64,000 nt of DNA from a virus (IMGVR_UViG_3300010401_000003:1-64000), one strand, 5' to 3'. Counted from the first letter of the stretch, positions 30,513 to 39,949 are shown. A program made the numbers and translations. The notes: generated by a model not told the origin, from the sequence alone.

Positions 30513-31615
30513 CGCTCGATCCATTCACTGAATTTTTTGGCCACAGCTTCGGGCCGGTGAGCTTCGGGCAACGCGCGCTTTTTCGGCGGCCTCTCCTTGG
30601 CTTCGCGAAGCGCCCACATAAGATCCGAGAGCGGATAGTCGATCAGCGATTGGCCCTCTCCCCAAATTCCGGCGTACTCGGGGGCCGCAATGGTGCCCGT
30701 GGCGTGCACCAAGATGTCGTCTTGGTCCAAGAAGTCTTCGGGGCCGCCCGAGGCGGACGTCACGATGCGCCGGCCGGCAAGGCGGGCGCGGAAAGCGGGC
30801 AGGTCGATGCCCTCGCCGCGGCTCGCGGAAGCGTAAATGTCGGTGCGCGCTTCGAGCGCGAGCATCTCATCCGCAGACAGCGTGCCATCGATGATCTCGA
30901 TCGCTTGGTGCCAGTTGTCGACACGCCAGCCGTTGTCTCGCGTCTCTCCGCACTCAAGCTCGGAAGCAATTACGAGCTCGGGGCCGGCGTAGACCGATCG
31001 CGTCCATTGGACGGCTCCGATCTTCAGGATGAGCTCCGCCTCGCCGAACTTGAAGGCACGCATGAATGCGCGAAGCAGTCGATCGGGGGCTTTGCGCGGC
31101 TCCCACCGGCCGTGCCATGCGAACACGCGAGGGCGGTCGCTTGGCGGCGGCAGCGACAAATGAGGATCGTCGTCAAAGAACGGCAGCGGGATCACGCCGA
31201 CGTCGTCGAGACCCGCGGCCGAGAGACGCTCGCCGTTCTTTTCGCAGGGGACGAATACGCCTTCGAGCTCGGCGAGCTCGGCGACCACTTCCTTCTGCAC
31301 CGCGATGCGCTCGAACATCGTGTAAAACATGCGCGGCCGGCGAGAGGCGCGGAGCGCCTCGAAAACATGACCCATGTTGTGAATACCGCCGAGCGGGCAC
31401 GAAAAAATGTAGGCGTCCCACGAGCTCACCGGGATTGTGAGCGGCAAGTACTTTTTGATTTCTTCGTTCGGGGCCGATTCGGTGAAAACCTGCACCGGCG
31501 ATTTCAAGCGGACATCCCAGCCGGCGAGAAGCATCGCGCGCGTGTAGGCCCGGGCAGCGATCGCCCAGCCGTCGGCGGGATTGGCCCACAGGGTCTCGAA
31601 GACGAGCGTTTTCAC
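30500..31615 (-). CDS. Glycosyltransferase, GT4-like (paralog)
   Basis: RKAPDRLLRAF, DIYASASRGEGIDLP, SGGPEDF. Confidence 0.88.
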   Translation of the reverse strand: MKTLVFETLWANPADGWAIAARAYTRAMLLAGWDVRLKSPVQVFTESAPNEEIKKYLPLTIPVSSWDAYIFSCPLGGIHNMGHVFEALRASRRPRMFYTMFERIAVQKEVVAELAELEGVFVPCEKNGERLSAAGLDDVGVIPLPFFDDDPHLSLPPPSDRPRVFAWHGRWEPRKAPDRLLRAFMRAFKFGEAELILKIGAVQWTRSVYAGPELVIASELECGETRDNGWRVDNWHQAIEIIDGTLSADEMLALEARTDIYASASRGEGIDLPAFRARLAGRRIVTSASGGPEDFLDQDDILVHATGTIAAPEYAGIWGEGQSLIDYPLSDLMWALREAKERPPKKRALPEAHRPEAVAKKFSEWIERCLK

Positions 31616-31932
31616 TTGCCGAGGCTTCGCCGCGCGAAGCCCGCGAGGAGGGAGAGGGCCGCCTGGCTCGCAACTGTGCGCGCTTCCTTCGGATGTTCCT
31701 TGATGAATTTCCGGGTCTCGGCCGCGAGCTCGGCGGCTTTGCTCATGCCGTTTAGGACCTTTTCGGGGTTTTCCTCAGCTTGGGCGAGTAGAGCCAAAAG
31801 CGCCTTCTTGGCCTGAATCTCGAGCTCGGAGGGCTTTCGCGGAGCAAAGCCGAGCTCGATGCGGATCGGCCGCGTGGTCTTTTTCTTCAGTCGCCTCGGG
31901 CGGCGACCATTTTTTCGATTTGTTCGTTTCAT
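31612..31932 (-). CDS. Small basic protein
   Basis: MKRTNRKNGRRPRRLKKK; stop overlaps the GT start. Confidence 0.55.
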   Translation of the reverse strand: MKRTNRKNGRRPRRLKKKTTRPIRIELGFAPRKPSELEIQAKKALLALLAQAEENPEKVLNGMSKAAELAAETRKFIKEHPKEARTVASQAALSLLAGFARRSLGK

Positions 31933-32013
31933 ACGCGCTCGTAGCCTACAACGGCTGTGCACTTTTTCGCTACTGGTGGCGCAGACCCCGGGGACCGCGC
32001 TACGGTCCCGGCC

Positions 32014-32610
32014 ATGGACCGCGACCCCACCGCTATCGTTTTTTCCCTTGGAATCCTGATCTTGGCTGCCGTTGCTATCGCGTTCGTCGGCATGTTTCTG
32101 CACCGTCGCCGCGAAACGGAAAGTCCGGCGCTTCGGCGCGAGCGCGAGATTTCGCGAAAGCGGAGCCTCGATGCCGGAACCCATGTGGCGCTTTCAGATG
32201 GCTCGATCGTTCCATCCTGCGAAGTGAACGGGTGCAAATCGGCCGCGAAGTGCCGCCCGCTGAAGTTCGCGCGCGAAGAGGGGCTCGGGGACTTCGTGCG
32301 GCGGCTCTTTGGAGCTCCGCCGCGGCTTCGGGTGATCGAAGACGTTTGGGGCGAGCCGGTCCGCTGCGAGAGCCATCAGTTTTTGGCTCGTGAGGAAATG
32401 CGCCTCAAGCTCGCCGACGTCGAACGGCGTCGGCAAGAACATCAGCGCGACGCCGAAGTCGAGCTCGGCCAATTCGAGCGCACGCTGAAAGACCGCGTCA
32501 GCCTGGTCGTCAGCAAACACGAACGACAGCTCGGCGGACGCAAGCGCAAGAGCGACGCTGGGAACGTGCTCCCTTTTTCGTCGTCGCGGCCGACCGGCAC
32601 TCAGGGGTAA
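32014..32610 (+). CDS. N-terminally anchored membrane protein with coiled coil
   Basis: TM IVFSLGILILAAVAIAFVGMFL, CxxxxC...CxxH, charged helix. Confidence 0.65.
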   Translation: MDRDPTAIVFSLGILILAAVAIAFVGMFLHRRRETESPALRREREISRKRSLDAGTHVALSDGSIVPSCEVNGCKSAAKCRPLKFAREEGLGDFVRRLFGAPPRLRVIEDVWGEPVRCESHQFLAREEMRLKLADVERRRQEHQRDAEVELGQFERTLKDRVSLVVSKHERQLGGRKRKSDAGNVLPFSSSRPTGTQG

Positions 32611-33045
32611 ATGAAAACTGCGGCGGCGATGTTTCTCGCGCTTCACCCGTGGTGGGCGACGATCAAACATGAGGCCCGCCGCGAGCACGTCGATCCCTAC
32701 GCGCTCGCTGGGATCGTTTGGCACGAGAGCCGCGGCAACCCGAATGGGTTCTTTCAGGAGCGCGGGGGGCACTGCTCGATCGGGCTCGGGGGCGTTTTCG
32801 TAAAGAACTGCGATCCCGCGCGCGTCGCGGCGCTTCGCAATGGCCCTTACAACCTCCGCGTTTCGGCCAAGATCCTTTCGGGCTCGATCCGCTACTGCAA
32901 GGCGCATCGGCTCGAGCGGCGCTGCGCCGCGGGCGAACGCGTTTTCCCGGGCGGCGGCGGCGCCAACCTCTACGCGGGCAACACCACGCGATTCGCGGCG
33001 GAATTGGCCAAGATCCGACGCGACGTCCGGCGCGCCTTTCGCTAG
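32611..33045 (+). CDS. Lytic transglycosylase (SLT-like)
   Basis: VDPYALAGIVWHESRGNP with catalytic ES; PYNLRVSAKIL. Confidence 0.75.
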   Translation: MKTAAAMFLALHPWWATIKHEARREHVDPYALAGIVWHESRGNPNGFFQERGGHCSIGLGGVFVKNCDPARVAALRNGPYNLRVSAKILSGSIRYCKAHRLERRCAAGERVFPGGGGANLYAGNTTRFAAELAKIRRDVRRAFR

Positions 33046-33356
33046 AGGTTGGGGTTTCTTACGCGCCAGCGCTGGGCGCCGGACGTGGACCGCGCTTTCG
33101 GGGTTTGCGATGGCGGTCGAGATCCGGTCGGCCGGTCGCGTCGTGAAAGCTTGAGCACGCGCACGAGATCGGCGTGGCGTCTGCGCCGTCGCTCGAGGAG
33201 GTCGAGGTACGCCTCGAGCTCGCGGCGGAGTTTCTCGCGGCGGATCTCTTCGGGATTCGCACCGCGCCAAATGACGCGAGACGTCGCATCGCCGGTGCTT
33301 ATGATTGTGATTGTCGAATTCGCGGCAACCACAAACTCTGTCTGATCCGCGTACAC

Positions 33357-33977
33357 TTACCGAAGCTGCTTCACGACCGCGCCGAAAAAGTCGGCCGGGA
33401 TCGACGCGGTGCCGGTGGCGTTGGTGACGCGGAGTTTCACTTGCGCGTCCGTCGTGCTCGAGGGGATGAACACCGCGCGGGTGCGACCGCCGTTGCTCGA
33501 GGCGTTGGTTTGGGTCGACGGCTTGTAGATGCCGGTGATGTTTCCGAAGAGCGGCACGTTGGTGTTCGCGTCGACCCAATCGATCGCGAAGAAGCCGGCG
33601 GCTGCGTCGCTGAAAGTTCCGACCGCACCCCCCGCGTCGAGCTCGTAGACTTTTCCGGGGATGAGCGTGTAAACGCCGGTGTTGAAGTTGTAGGTCGCGG
33701 ATCCGCGAACGAAGATCGTGTTGTTGAGGATGACGTCCGAGCCGGTCGTCAGGAGCGTCTGATCGAGACCGGCGCGCTTGGTCTCGAGGATGTCGAGATC
33801 GAGGCTCGCGCCTCCGCCGCTTCCGCCGCCGCCTCCGACGGGCGTGACGCCGAGCGCGATCAAGAGCAGGTCCACCTGATCGATCACCTCGCTGACTTTT
33901 TGCGCCCAGTTTCCGACCGGACTCGTCAGTTGGAGCTGCGAAGAGGCTGCTTTCAGTGCGTCGCGGATGCGTCCCAT
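33357..33977 (-). CDS. Putative spike/fibre head protein, paralog of 11433..12011
   Basis: MGRIRDALKAASSQLQLTSPVGNWAQKVS; YNFNTGVYTL; IDWVDANTNVP; VKLRVTNATGTA. Confidence 0.65.
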   Translation of the reverse strand: MGRIRDALKAASSQLQLTSPVGNWAQKVSEVIDQVDLLLIALGVTPVGGGGGSGGGASLDLDILETKRAGLDQTLLTTGSDVILNNTIFVRGSATYNFNTGVYTLIPGKVYELDAGGAVGTFSDAAAGFFAIDWVDANTNVPLFGNITGIYKPSTQTNASSNGGRTRAVFIPSSTTDAQVKLRVTNATGTASIPADFFGAVVKQLR

Positions 33978-34215
33978 GGTCGTTTTCTCCTACCAGTTTT
34001 TTTCTTCGGCCGCTGGAACCCATGATCCACCGGTGCCCCACGTGTTCGGGGACCAGCGCCACCAGCGCTCATACAAGTACGGCGGCGCGATCGAGCAGAA
34101 GGTCGGACCTTCGAAGGTGCAATTCGGAGCGAACGTGCGGACGTAGCCCTCGACGACGTGCACCCATTTGCCGTCAATCCACTGCTCTACGAGGCGGTAA
34201 AATAGGCTCATGTGC

Positions 34216-35031
34216 TCACCGGGTGAGGAAGATCGCCGCGGCGGCGACGGCTAGAACGGCCAGGACGATGGGGCCCGCGCTCGAAGAGCCCTGACTCGAG
34301 CTCGGCGCGGGAGTCGGCGCCGGCGGCACCGGGAGGGTTTGCGCCGGGGGCGGCAAGGGCGCCGGGGTCACCGGGATCGGCGGCAGCGGCAGCGGCCATG
34401 GAAGCTCGGCTGGGTAGCCCGGTGGCCGCGCTGGAGGCCACGGAGAGCACGGCCAAGTGCCCGGGGGCAAAAGCGAGCATGCGGGGGGCGGAGTCGCGGG
34501 AAAAGCGCCGGTGGGGGGCCAGTCGAGGCCGGTCGCTTCCTTCCAGCCAGGCGGCTCCGGAACGCCCGTCCAATTTTGCGGCGGCGTGGTTTGCCCCAGA
34601 TGCCCGCTTTTGAGCGTCGTGACGGCGGCCCAGGACGCGCAGTCTTTCTGCCAAAATCCCGCATCAGTGACGAAGGAAAACGCCTTTTTCCAGTATCCCT
34701 CGCCCGCGTACCACGCCTCGATCGTGGTCGACGTGCCGGCGGGCAAGTGCGCTTTGACCCACTCGCACGCGGCGACGCGCGGATCTTCGGTCGGTTCGAG
34801 CTCGAGGTTTCCCGAGCTCGAGAAGCCGTTGACGACGAAGTGCCAAACCGGCCGCCTCGGCATAAGGGCCGAGGTGCGCGTCACAAACACTTGAGCGGGA
34901 TTCGGGAGGGAGGAGCGGACGAGCCTCGGGGTAGTCGTTTGCACCTGCACGCGCGAGGCGCTCGGCGCGACGACCACGGCGGAACGCACCACTTGTGCGC
35001 TCAGCGCGCCGGACCATTTCAGGAGGGCCAT
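34216..35031 (-). CDS. W-leader C-terminally anchored membrane protein, Pro/Trp-rich
   Basis: MALLKWSG.., internal GHLGQ, Pro linker, TM PIVLAVLAVAAAAIFLTR. Confidence 0.7.
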   Translation of the reverse strand: MALLKWSGALSAQVVRSAVVVAPSASRVQVQTTTPRLVRSSLPNPAQVFVTRTSALMPRRPVWHFVVNGFSSSGNLELEPTEDPRVAACEWVKAHLPAGTSTTIEAWYAGEGYWKKAFSFVTDAGFWQKDCASWAAVTTLKSGHLGQTTPPQNWTGVPEPPGWKEATGLDWPPTGAFPATPPPACSLLPPGTWPCSPWPPARPPGYPAELPWPLPLPPIPVTPAPLPPPAQTLPVPPAPTPAPSSSQGSSSAGPIVLAVLAVAAAAIFLTR

Positions 35032-35555
35032 TAACTTTTATCCTTGGCAGTCGCGAAGGTTTGCACGAAGAGCTCGACGGCGGCGCTCGCCGCAAGCGAG
35101 TACTTCATGAGGGTTTTCGGATCGTGGACGCCGACGGCAGCGAGACCGATGCCGACTTCGATCGCACGGGAGACGAACGACACGAAAAGCCGGAGCCATG
35201 CGCCGGACTTCCCCGCTCGGATTTCGTCGGCAATCTCGCCGGACGGAAGCGGCTTTTGGCCGCGGTTGATGTAGGCGAAGGTCAGAACCGACGCTTCGAT
35301 CGCGCCTCCGGCCGCGAGCGAGTATTTCACGAGGTCCGTGCCGCGCGCGCCGGCCGCTGCGAGTCCGGCTCCGATGATGAAGGACCGGCCGAAGTAGTGG
35401 AGCATCACGGCCCAAAAGGCGCCTGGCTCTTTCTCGACGAAGGCGTTGGCGCTTTCTTCCGACGGCAGCGTCACGCCCAAAAAGGCGCGATCGATCGCGC
35501 GATCGGCGACCGCGATCGCCGTCGTGTCGATTGGGGTGTTCCACCGGAGCGCCAT
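35031..35555 (-). CDS. Multi-pass membrane protein with internal duplication
   Basis: MALRW..; RSFIIGAGLAAAG..KYSLAA repeated as RAIEVGIGLAAVG..KYSLAA. Confidence 0.7.
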   Translation of the reverse strand: MALRWNTPIDTTAIAVADRAIDRAFLGVTLPSEESANAFVEKEPGAFWAVMLHYFGRSFIIGAGLAAAGARGTDLVKYSLAAGGAIEASVLTFAYINRGQKPLPSGEIADEIRAGKSGAWLRLFVSFVSRAIEVGIGLAAVGVHDPKTLMKYSLAASAAVELFVQTFATAKDKS

Positions 35556-35564
35556 GGCCTCATT

Positions 35565-35972
35565 CTACCTTGAATCCGGGTCCTTTCCGGTGGGTGTGCG
35601 GGATCGGTAGCCGGTTTCGGTGCGCTGGAGACGCACGGCGGGTTGCTCGCGGTCGCTCGAGGGGCGAAATCCTCCGAGGCGCTTGATTCCGTCGATGATC
35701 GATCGGTGTTCTTCGGCGGCGCTCTCGCCGGTCTGCTCGATGGAAGCCGTCAGCCCCTGGACGGCATTGGTCAGGGCTTGCAGCGCCTTGGTGTTGTCGC
35801 CGATCTGATCGGAGAGCTCCTTCATGCGCTCGAGCGTGCCTTCGATCAGACGCTCCTGGTTTTTGGCGGAGGACTGCACGTAGATGATCGCGATCTTTCC
35901 CGCGAACCAAATCACGACGAGCAGGACGCCGAGCGCGCCGAATTGCAGGAGCGTGGGATCGATCACGTTCAT
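35565..35972 (-). CDS. Putative holin-like protein (N-terminal TM + coiled coil)
   Basis: LLQFGALGVLLVVIWF; coupled directly downstream of the endolysin. Confidence 0.5.
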   Translation of the reverse strand: MNVIDPTLLQFGALGVLLVVIWFAGKIAIIYVQSSAKNQERLIEGTLERMKELSDQIGDNTKALQALTNAVQGLTASIEQTGESAAEEHRSIIDGIKRLGGFRPSSDREQPAVRLQRTETGYRSRTPTGKDPDSR

Positions 35973-36742
35973 GCGGCCAGCTTTTGCTTCGCGAGCTCGG
36001 CCTCTTGGATCGCGTGCCACGTGTCCATGCCGACGACGCCGTCGGGCTGTAGACCGTGATAGGCGATCTGGAACGCCTTGACCTTGGCGGCAGTCTTACT
36101 CCCGTACCAGCCGTCATCGTCGATGCCCACGACGCGCTGGACGCGCTTGACGTCTTCGCCCCGGCTCGGGATCGGCACGAGCCAGGACCACTTCAGCACG
36201 CGCGCGAGCGGATCGAAGCCGTCGGGCATCTTTTCGCTGAGTGCGACCGCGGCGCGATTGACCGCCGAGCGGAGAGCCGCGTAGTGATGCGCGACGCGCT
36301 GCGCCTTGGTGGCGCCGAAACCCCGATAGTAGTTGGTGTCGTAAAGGGCTTCGCTCACCGCATACAGATCGCCGGTTTTGGCAGCCTCGAGCACCGAGGG
36401 GCGCTTCACGTACATCACGCGCACGAGGTCGGCCCAGCCGACCTCGGGGGTTGCGTAGCGCCGGAAGCACACCTGATAGGGCACGTTCGTGCCGGTGTTG
36501 GTCGGGTTGGTGTCCGTGTAGAGAAAGCTCGTTGCCGGATTGCAAGGTGGATTGCCAGCCTGGATCGCGCCGATGTTGTTCGAGCCCGCGCCGTCGCCGT
36601 GCCAGCCGGCGCCGTAATCGGTCTCGAGCCAGCCGACACCTTGGCAGGCTTGCAAAACCGCGCGCAGCGGCTCAGCCTGGACGCCGAAGTTTTTTTCGTA
36701 GCCGCGCGTGGTGTAGAGGCGCGCGTCTTTGTGCGTCGTCAT
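35969..36742 (-). CDS. Endolysin: glucosaminidase (GH73-like) domain + peptidoglycan-binding domain
   Basis: WLETDYG..NNIGAIQ..FRRYAT; C-terminal GEDVKRVQ..DGWYGSKT..VKAFQ..GLQPDGVVGMDTW. Confidence 0.85.
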   Translation of the reverse strand: MTTHKDARLYTTRGYEKNFGVQAEPLRAVLQACQGVGWLETDYGAGWHGDGAGSNNIGAIQAGNPPCNPATSFLYTDTNPTNTGTNVPYQVCFRRYATPEVGWADLVRVMYVKRPSVLEAAKTGDLYAVSEALYDTNYYRGFGATKAQRVAHHYAALRSAVNRAAVALSEKMPDGFDPLARVLKWSWLVPIPSRGEDVKRVQRVVGIDDDGWYGSKTAAKVKAFQIAYHGLQPDGVVGMDTWHAIQEAELAKQKLAA

Positions 36743-36882
36743 CGAGCCCTCCTTGCCATTTGCCAAAACAGCGCGATGAAGCCCACGACCAAAACGGCAC
36801 CGATGAAGGTCAAGCGCTCAGAGCGCGGCAGCCGATCGAATGGCAAGCCCAGCGTCATCGGTTTTTCCCAGCGGAGTATCAT
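36739..36882 (-). CDS. 47-aa W-leader membrane peptide (absent from the ORF track)
   Basis: MILRWEKPMTLGLPFDRLPRSERLTFIGAVLVVGFIALFWQMARRAR; ATGA overlaps at both ends. Confidence 0.75.
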   Translation of the reverse strand: MILRWEKPMTLGLPFDRLPRSERLTFIGAVLVVGFIALFWQMARRAR

Positions 36883-37130
36883 CCTCCGATTGGCTTCATT
36901 TGCAGCCACTCACCCGCGGCTTTCTTGTTCGCTATCTCGAAAGAAGCCGCCTCGAAGGCGCGCACCCAAACGGCCGGATCAGTGACCTTGCCGCTGGTCA
37001 GCGCGAAGTCGAGCGCGCTCTGAAGGATCGGCATGATCGTGTCGGCGACGAGCGGCTCCTGCTCGGCGAGGATCAACAAGCGATTGACCAGGCCGAGGTA
37101 GTTTTCCGGAATGGGGACGGGGACGTTCAT
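36879..37130 (-). CDS. Small hypothetical protein
   Basis: MNVPVPIPENYLG..; ATGA overlaps. Confidence 0.6.
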   Translation of the reverse strand: MNVPVPIPENYLGLVNRLLILAEQEPLVADTIMPILQSALDFALTSGKVTDPAVWVRAFEAASFEIANKKAAGEWLQMKPIGG

Positions 37131-37320
37131 TTTTGGCACCTCACCCACTGCTTGAGCCGGTCGTGAAACTCGGCGTCGATTTCCTTCTTGGCTTCGCAGC
37201 GGTCGTCTTGCCCGTGGCACTTTTCGGCGAGGCTTGCGTGATACCAGGCGCCGACCGCGGCCATGTCTTCCACCGAGCACGCTTCATTGTGGACCGAAGC
37301 GCACGCCGAAGCGGCCATCG

Positions 37321-37611
37321 CTAGGAGCCCGATGAGGGCATGCGCACGCGATCGGTTAGAATTTTTATCTTTACCTGGACAGCTACGAAGCCGACACGGA
37401 GACCGACGTGCGGATCGCCGATCATATAGGTCACTTGGACGTAGCAGGTCGGACCCGTGTACTCGCCCGCGTCCGCTGACCATTCCCGCAGCTTCAGGAT
37501 GTCGCCGAGGAGAATCGGAGGTTGCGCTTCGCAGATCAGAAAGTGGAGACGCTTCTCGGCGATCGCCCGGTAGGTGGGGATGTGGAGTTTGATTTCGCGA
37601 AAACCGCTCAT
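37321..37611 (-). CDS. DUF3850/ASCH-PUA-like protein
   Basis: GDILKLREW...YTG....VTY. Confidence 0.7.
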   Translation of the reverse strand: MSGFREIKLHIPTYRAIAEKRLHFLICEAQPPILLGDILKLREWSADAGEYTGPTCYVQVTYMIGDPHVGLRVGFVAVQVKIKILTDRVRMPSSGS

Positions 37612-38300
37612 GCTGCACGACTCACCACTTTCGTTAGCACGTAGATCGCGCCCGCCACCAAGGCCACCAATCCGATCGCTGCGCCCGCACTGGCCCCCTG
37701 GGCAACACCGCCAGATCCGCCGCCACTCGGCATCGGCTCGTTCCGCGCTTTGGTGATCGCCTGGAGGTTCTTGGTCATGGCGGCAATGTGTTTGCTCAGC
37801 GCGAGCTCGAAGTAGTGCGACTCGCGGAGCGTCTTCGAGAAATTCGCGATGTCGCCCATGTTGGCCGCCGCGAGCACCTTCGGACGCTGCTTGTAGAGTA
37901 CCTGGATGAAGTGCGTGAATCCCTCATCGGGCGAAGCGTACTTGCGAAAGCATGCCTGGTAGGCTGTGCTTCCATGCTCGGGACCGCGATGGTCGGTGGC
38001 CTCGAAGCAGCTGCTCGAGCAGGGCGGCAGACCGCACTGCACCGCGCCCATGTTCCAGGTGTTGCAAGTGGTCGTGCCAGCGGGGATGTTTTTGTAGCAG
38101 GCTTGTCCGTAGTAGGACTCGCCGCGCGAAACGGCTTGCGCGAATTGGGCCTCTAGTAACGTCGGCGTTCGGCCGAAAACGACCTTGAACGCGTTTTCGA
38201 TGAAGGTGCGGGCGGAAACGTCGCTTATTTGTGCCGCACCGAGGCCGACTTGGCGCGCGCCAAGCACTCTCACTTCACCGAGCCAAAGAAGCTTCGACAT
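37608..38300 (-). CDS. Membrane-anchored glucosaminidase-like muralytic enzyme (probably virion-associated)
   Basis: Paralog of the endolysin catalytic domain (GESYYG..NMGAVQ..FRKYAS); W...GLGA leader; C-terminal TM. Confidence 0.8.
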   Translation of the reverse strand: MSKLLWLGEVRVLGARQVGLGAAQISDVSARTFIENAFKVVFGRTPTLLEAQFAQAVSRGESYYGQACYKNIPAGTTTCNTWNMGAVQCGLPPCSSSCFEATDHRGPEHGSTAYQACFRKYASPDEGFTHFIQVLYKQRPKVLAAANMGDIANFSKTLRESHYFELALSKHIAAMTKNLQAITKARNEPMPSGGGSGGVAQGASAGAAIGLVALVAGAIYVLTKVVSRAA

Positions 38301-39949
38301 TAGCGCCGACGCTTTCTGCCGCGGGCTCGTCGCTTGTGCGCGCGTTGGGCGGAGCGCTGCACTTTCGGCGAGCGATAGCCCAGTCGCACTACGCGCTCAT
38401 GGGGCGCTGGACCTTGCGGCAAATCGCGGATTCCTGCCTCGGTCGGTCCGCGCCGCAGTCGCCGCGACACCATTGTGGCTGCCGCATCTTGAGAAGGCGC
38501 TCCGCTGACTCGATAAACGGTTCCGTCATGGTTGTCATAGACGTAATACACGCCAGGCGGCGTCTGTGGAGATTCGGCTTCGTCCAGTGGCGTCTTCTTG
38601 AACCAACCGGACCAGAAGGCGTTCTCGTTGCTCGGATTCGAACGTGCCGCTGGCCGCTTCGGCGTGGCCGCTGTAGCACCGCTACTTCCGCCACCGAATA
38701 TCGCCGCGCCGAGACCGAGGAGCGCGAGCGCCCCGACCGCAATCAGGATGCCAGTGTTTCCGCCACTTTCCGAGCTCGAAGGCGTTCCCCCGCCCGGGAT
38801 CGGAGTCGGAGGGATCGGCAGGGGCGTCACGACGCAGAGCTTGCTCACCGGATCCCAATGGAAGCCGGGATCGCACTGCGTGACGTCGCTCGGATTTCCC
38901 GGAACGGGAGTCGGCACGCGCGGAAGCGGCACTTGCGGAGTCGGCGCCGACGGAACCGGAGCGGATGGCGCCGGCGCGCTCGGAAATCCGGGGTTCGGGA
39001 GCTGTCCGGGGACGATCGTGATGCCCTTGGCCTGCGCCCAGACTTTCAACGAGTAAAGGCCCTGGGTCGTCAGGTCTTGCCACGCGATTTCGTTTTTCGT
39101 GGTGGGATTCGGGAGCGGTGGCGCCCATCCGGATTTGTTCCACCAGTTGTAAAAGTTCGCGAGGGTCCAGCCGTCGCGATCGCCCCAGACGAGCGAAATG
39201 TCGGCCGGCTGAAGACCATAGCTGCCGATCGAATTGTTTCCGTCGGTTCCGTTCCATGCGGCGAGAATCGCCTTGGCCATCGCGACGTCGGCGTCGGGAA
39301 GAGCGCCGAGATCGCCGGGACCTTGGATGGTCACGGGAGGCCGATAGCGCGAGGTCGATGGAAAGATCGGAGCGATCGTTGTGAGAGGCTGGCGATATCC
39401 CGGGGGAGTTGGCATCGGTGCCGGGAGAGTGGGCAGGTAGGGAGGAATGCACCCGAAGCTGCCGTCGTCATGGACGATCTTCGAGTAGCCCGGAGGGCAC
39501 GTGGTTTTGATTTGGGTGCCGGTGCTCAGAACTTCGTTGAGACTCTTCGAGACAGGGTCATAGCAATAGTAGTTAGCATTCCCACTGCCGGCGCTTTTGC
39601 TGAAATCGAAGGGTTCGAAGTTGGCGCCTTTCGGCACGAATTCGAGCGCGCACACCTTGAGCGGCTTCGATGTTTTCTTGGACCATTGCTCATAGAGCGC
39701 GCGCATGCGCTGTACGGCGACCCAGCGCAAAACCGTGTTGAAGGTGATTCCGCTCTGAAGTGGGAAATCTTCATGCACATAGTCATCGCCACCCGGGAGC
39801 GGGAAGACGGGGAATGGAGCCGCTGCGTTGAAAACGTAAATCTTCCACGCACCGCTCGTGTTCCACCACTGCCACTCGGCTGGCGTCATGCCGAGCTGCC
39901 CCGGCGCGCCGAGCACTTGGACCTTTTCTTCTAGCCATCGCATCGACAT
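38300..39949 (-). CDS. W-leader multi-domain membrane protein with basic tail
   Basis: MSMRWLEEKVQVLGAPGQLG; internal GDLGAL precedes a domain paralogous to 39956..40576; TM; SNPSNENA; Arg tail. Confidence 0.75.
   Translation of the reverse strand: MSMRWLEEKVQVLGAPGQLGMTPAEWQWWNTSGAWKIYVFNAAAPFPVFPLPGGDDYVHEDFPLQSGITFNTVLRWVAVQRMRALYEQWSKKTSKPLKVCALEFVPKGANFEPFDFSKSAGSGNANYYCYDPVSKSLNEVLSTGTQIKTTCPPGYSKIVHDDGSFGCIPPYLPTLPAPMPTPPGYRQPLTTIAPIFPSTSRYRPPVTIQGPGDLGALPDADVAMAKAILAAWNGTDGNNSIGSYGLQPADISLVWGDRDGWTLANFYNWWNKSGWAPPLPNPTTKNEIAWQDLTTQGLYSLKVWAQAKGITIVPGQLPNPGFPSAPAPSAPVPSAPTPQVPLPRVPTPVPGNPSDVTQCDPGFHWDPVSKLCVVTPLPIPPTPIPGGGTPSSSESGGNTGILIAVGALALLGLGAAIFGGGSSGATAATPKRPAARSNPSNENAFWSGWFKKTPLDEAESPQTPPGVYYVYDNHDGTVYRVSGAPSQDAAATMVSRRLRRGPTEAGIRDLPQGPAPHERVVRLGYRSPKVQRSAQRAHKRRARGRKRRR

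Noticed and set aside
29942-31816. 624-aa + strand ORF (similarly 38231..39934 +, 44244..45644 +, 46299..47624 +, 52066..53565 +, 32194..34062 -, 2040..3332 -)
   Set aside because: Antisense or off-frame shadows of well-supported genes in high-GC DNA; Arg/Ala/Pro-rich with no motifs
37127-37345. Lipoprotein/spanin-like ORF (..LIGLLAMAASAC..)
   Set aside because: No convincing start codon upstream of the hydrophobic stretch, which overlaps the DUF3850-like gene; probably coding but function unsupported
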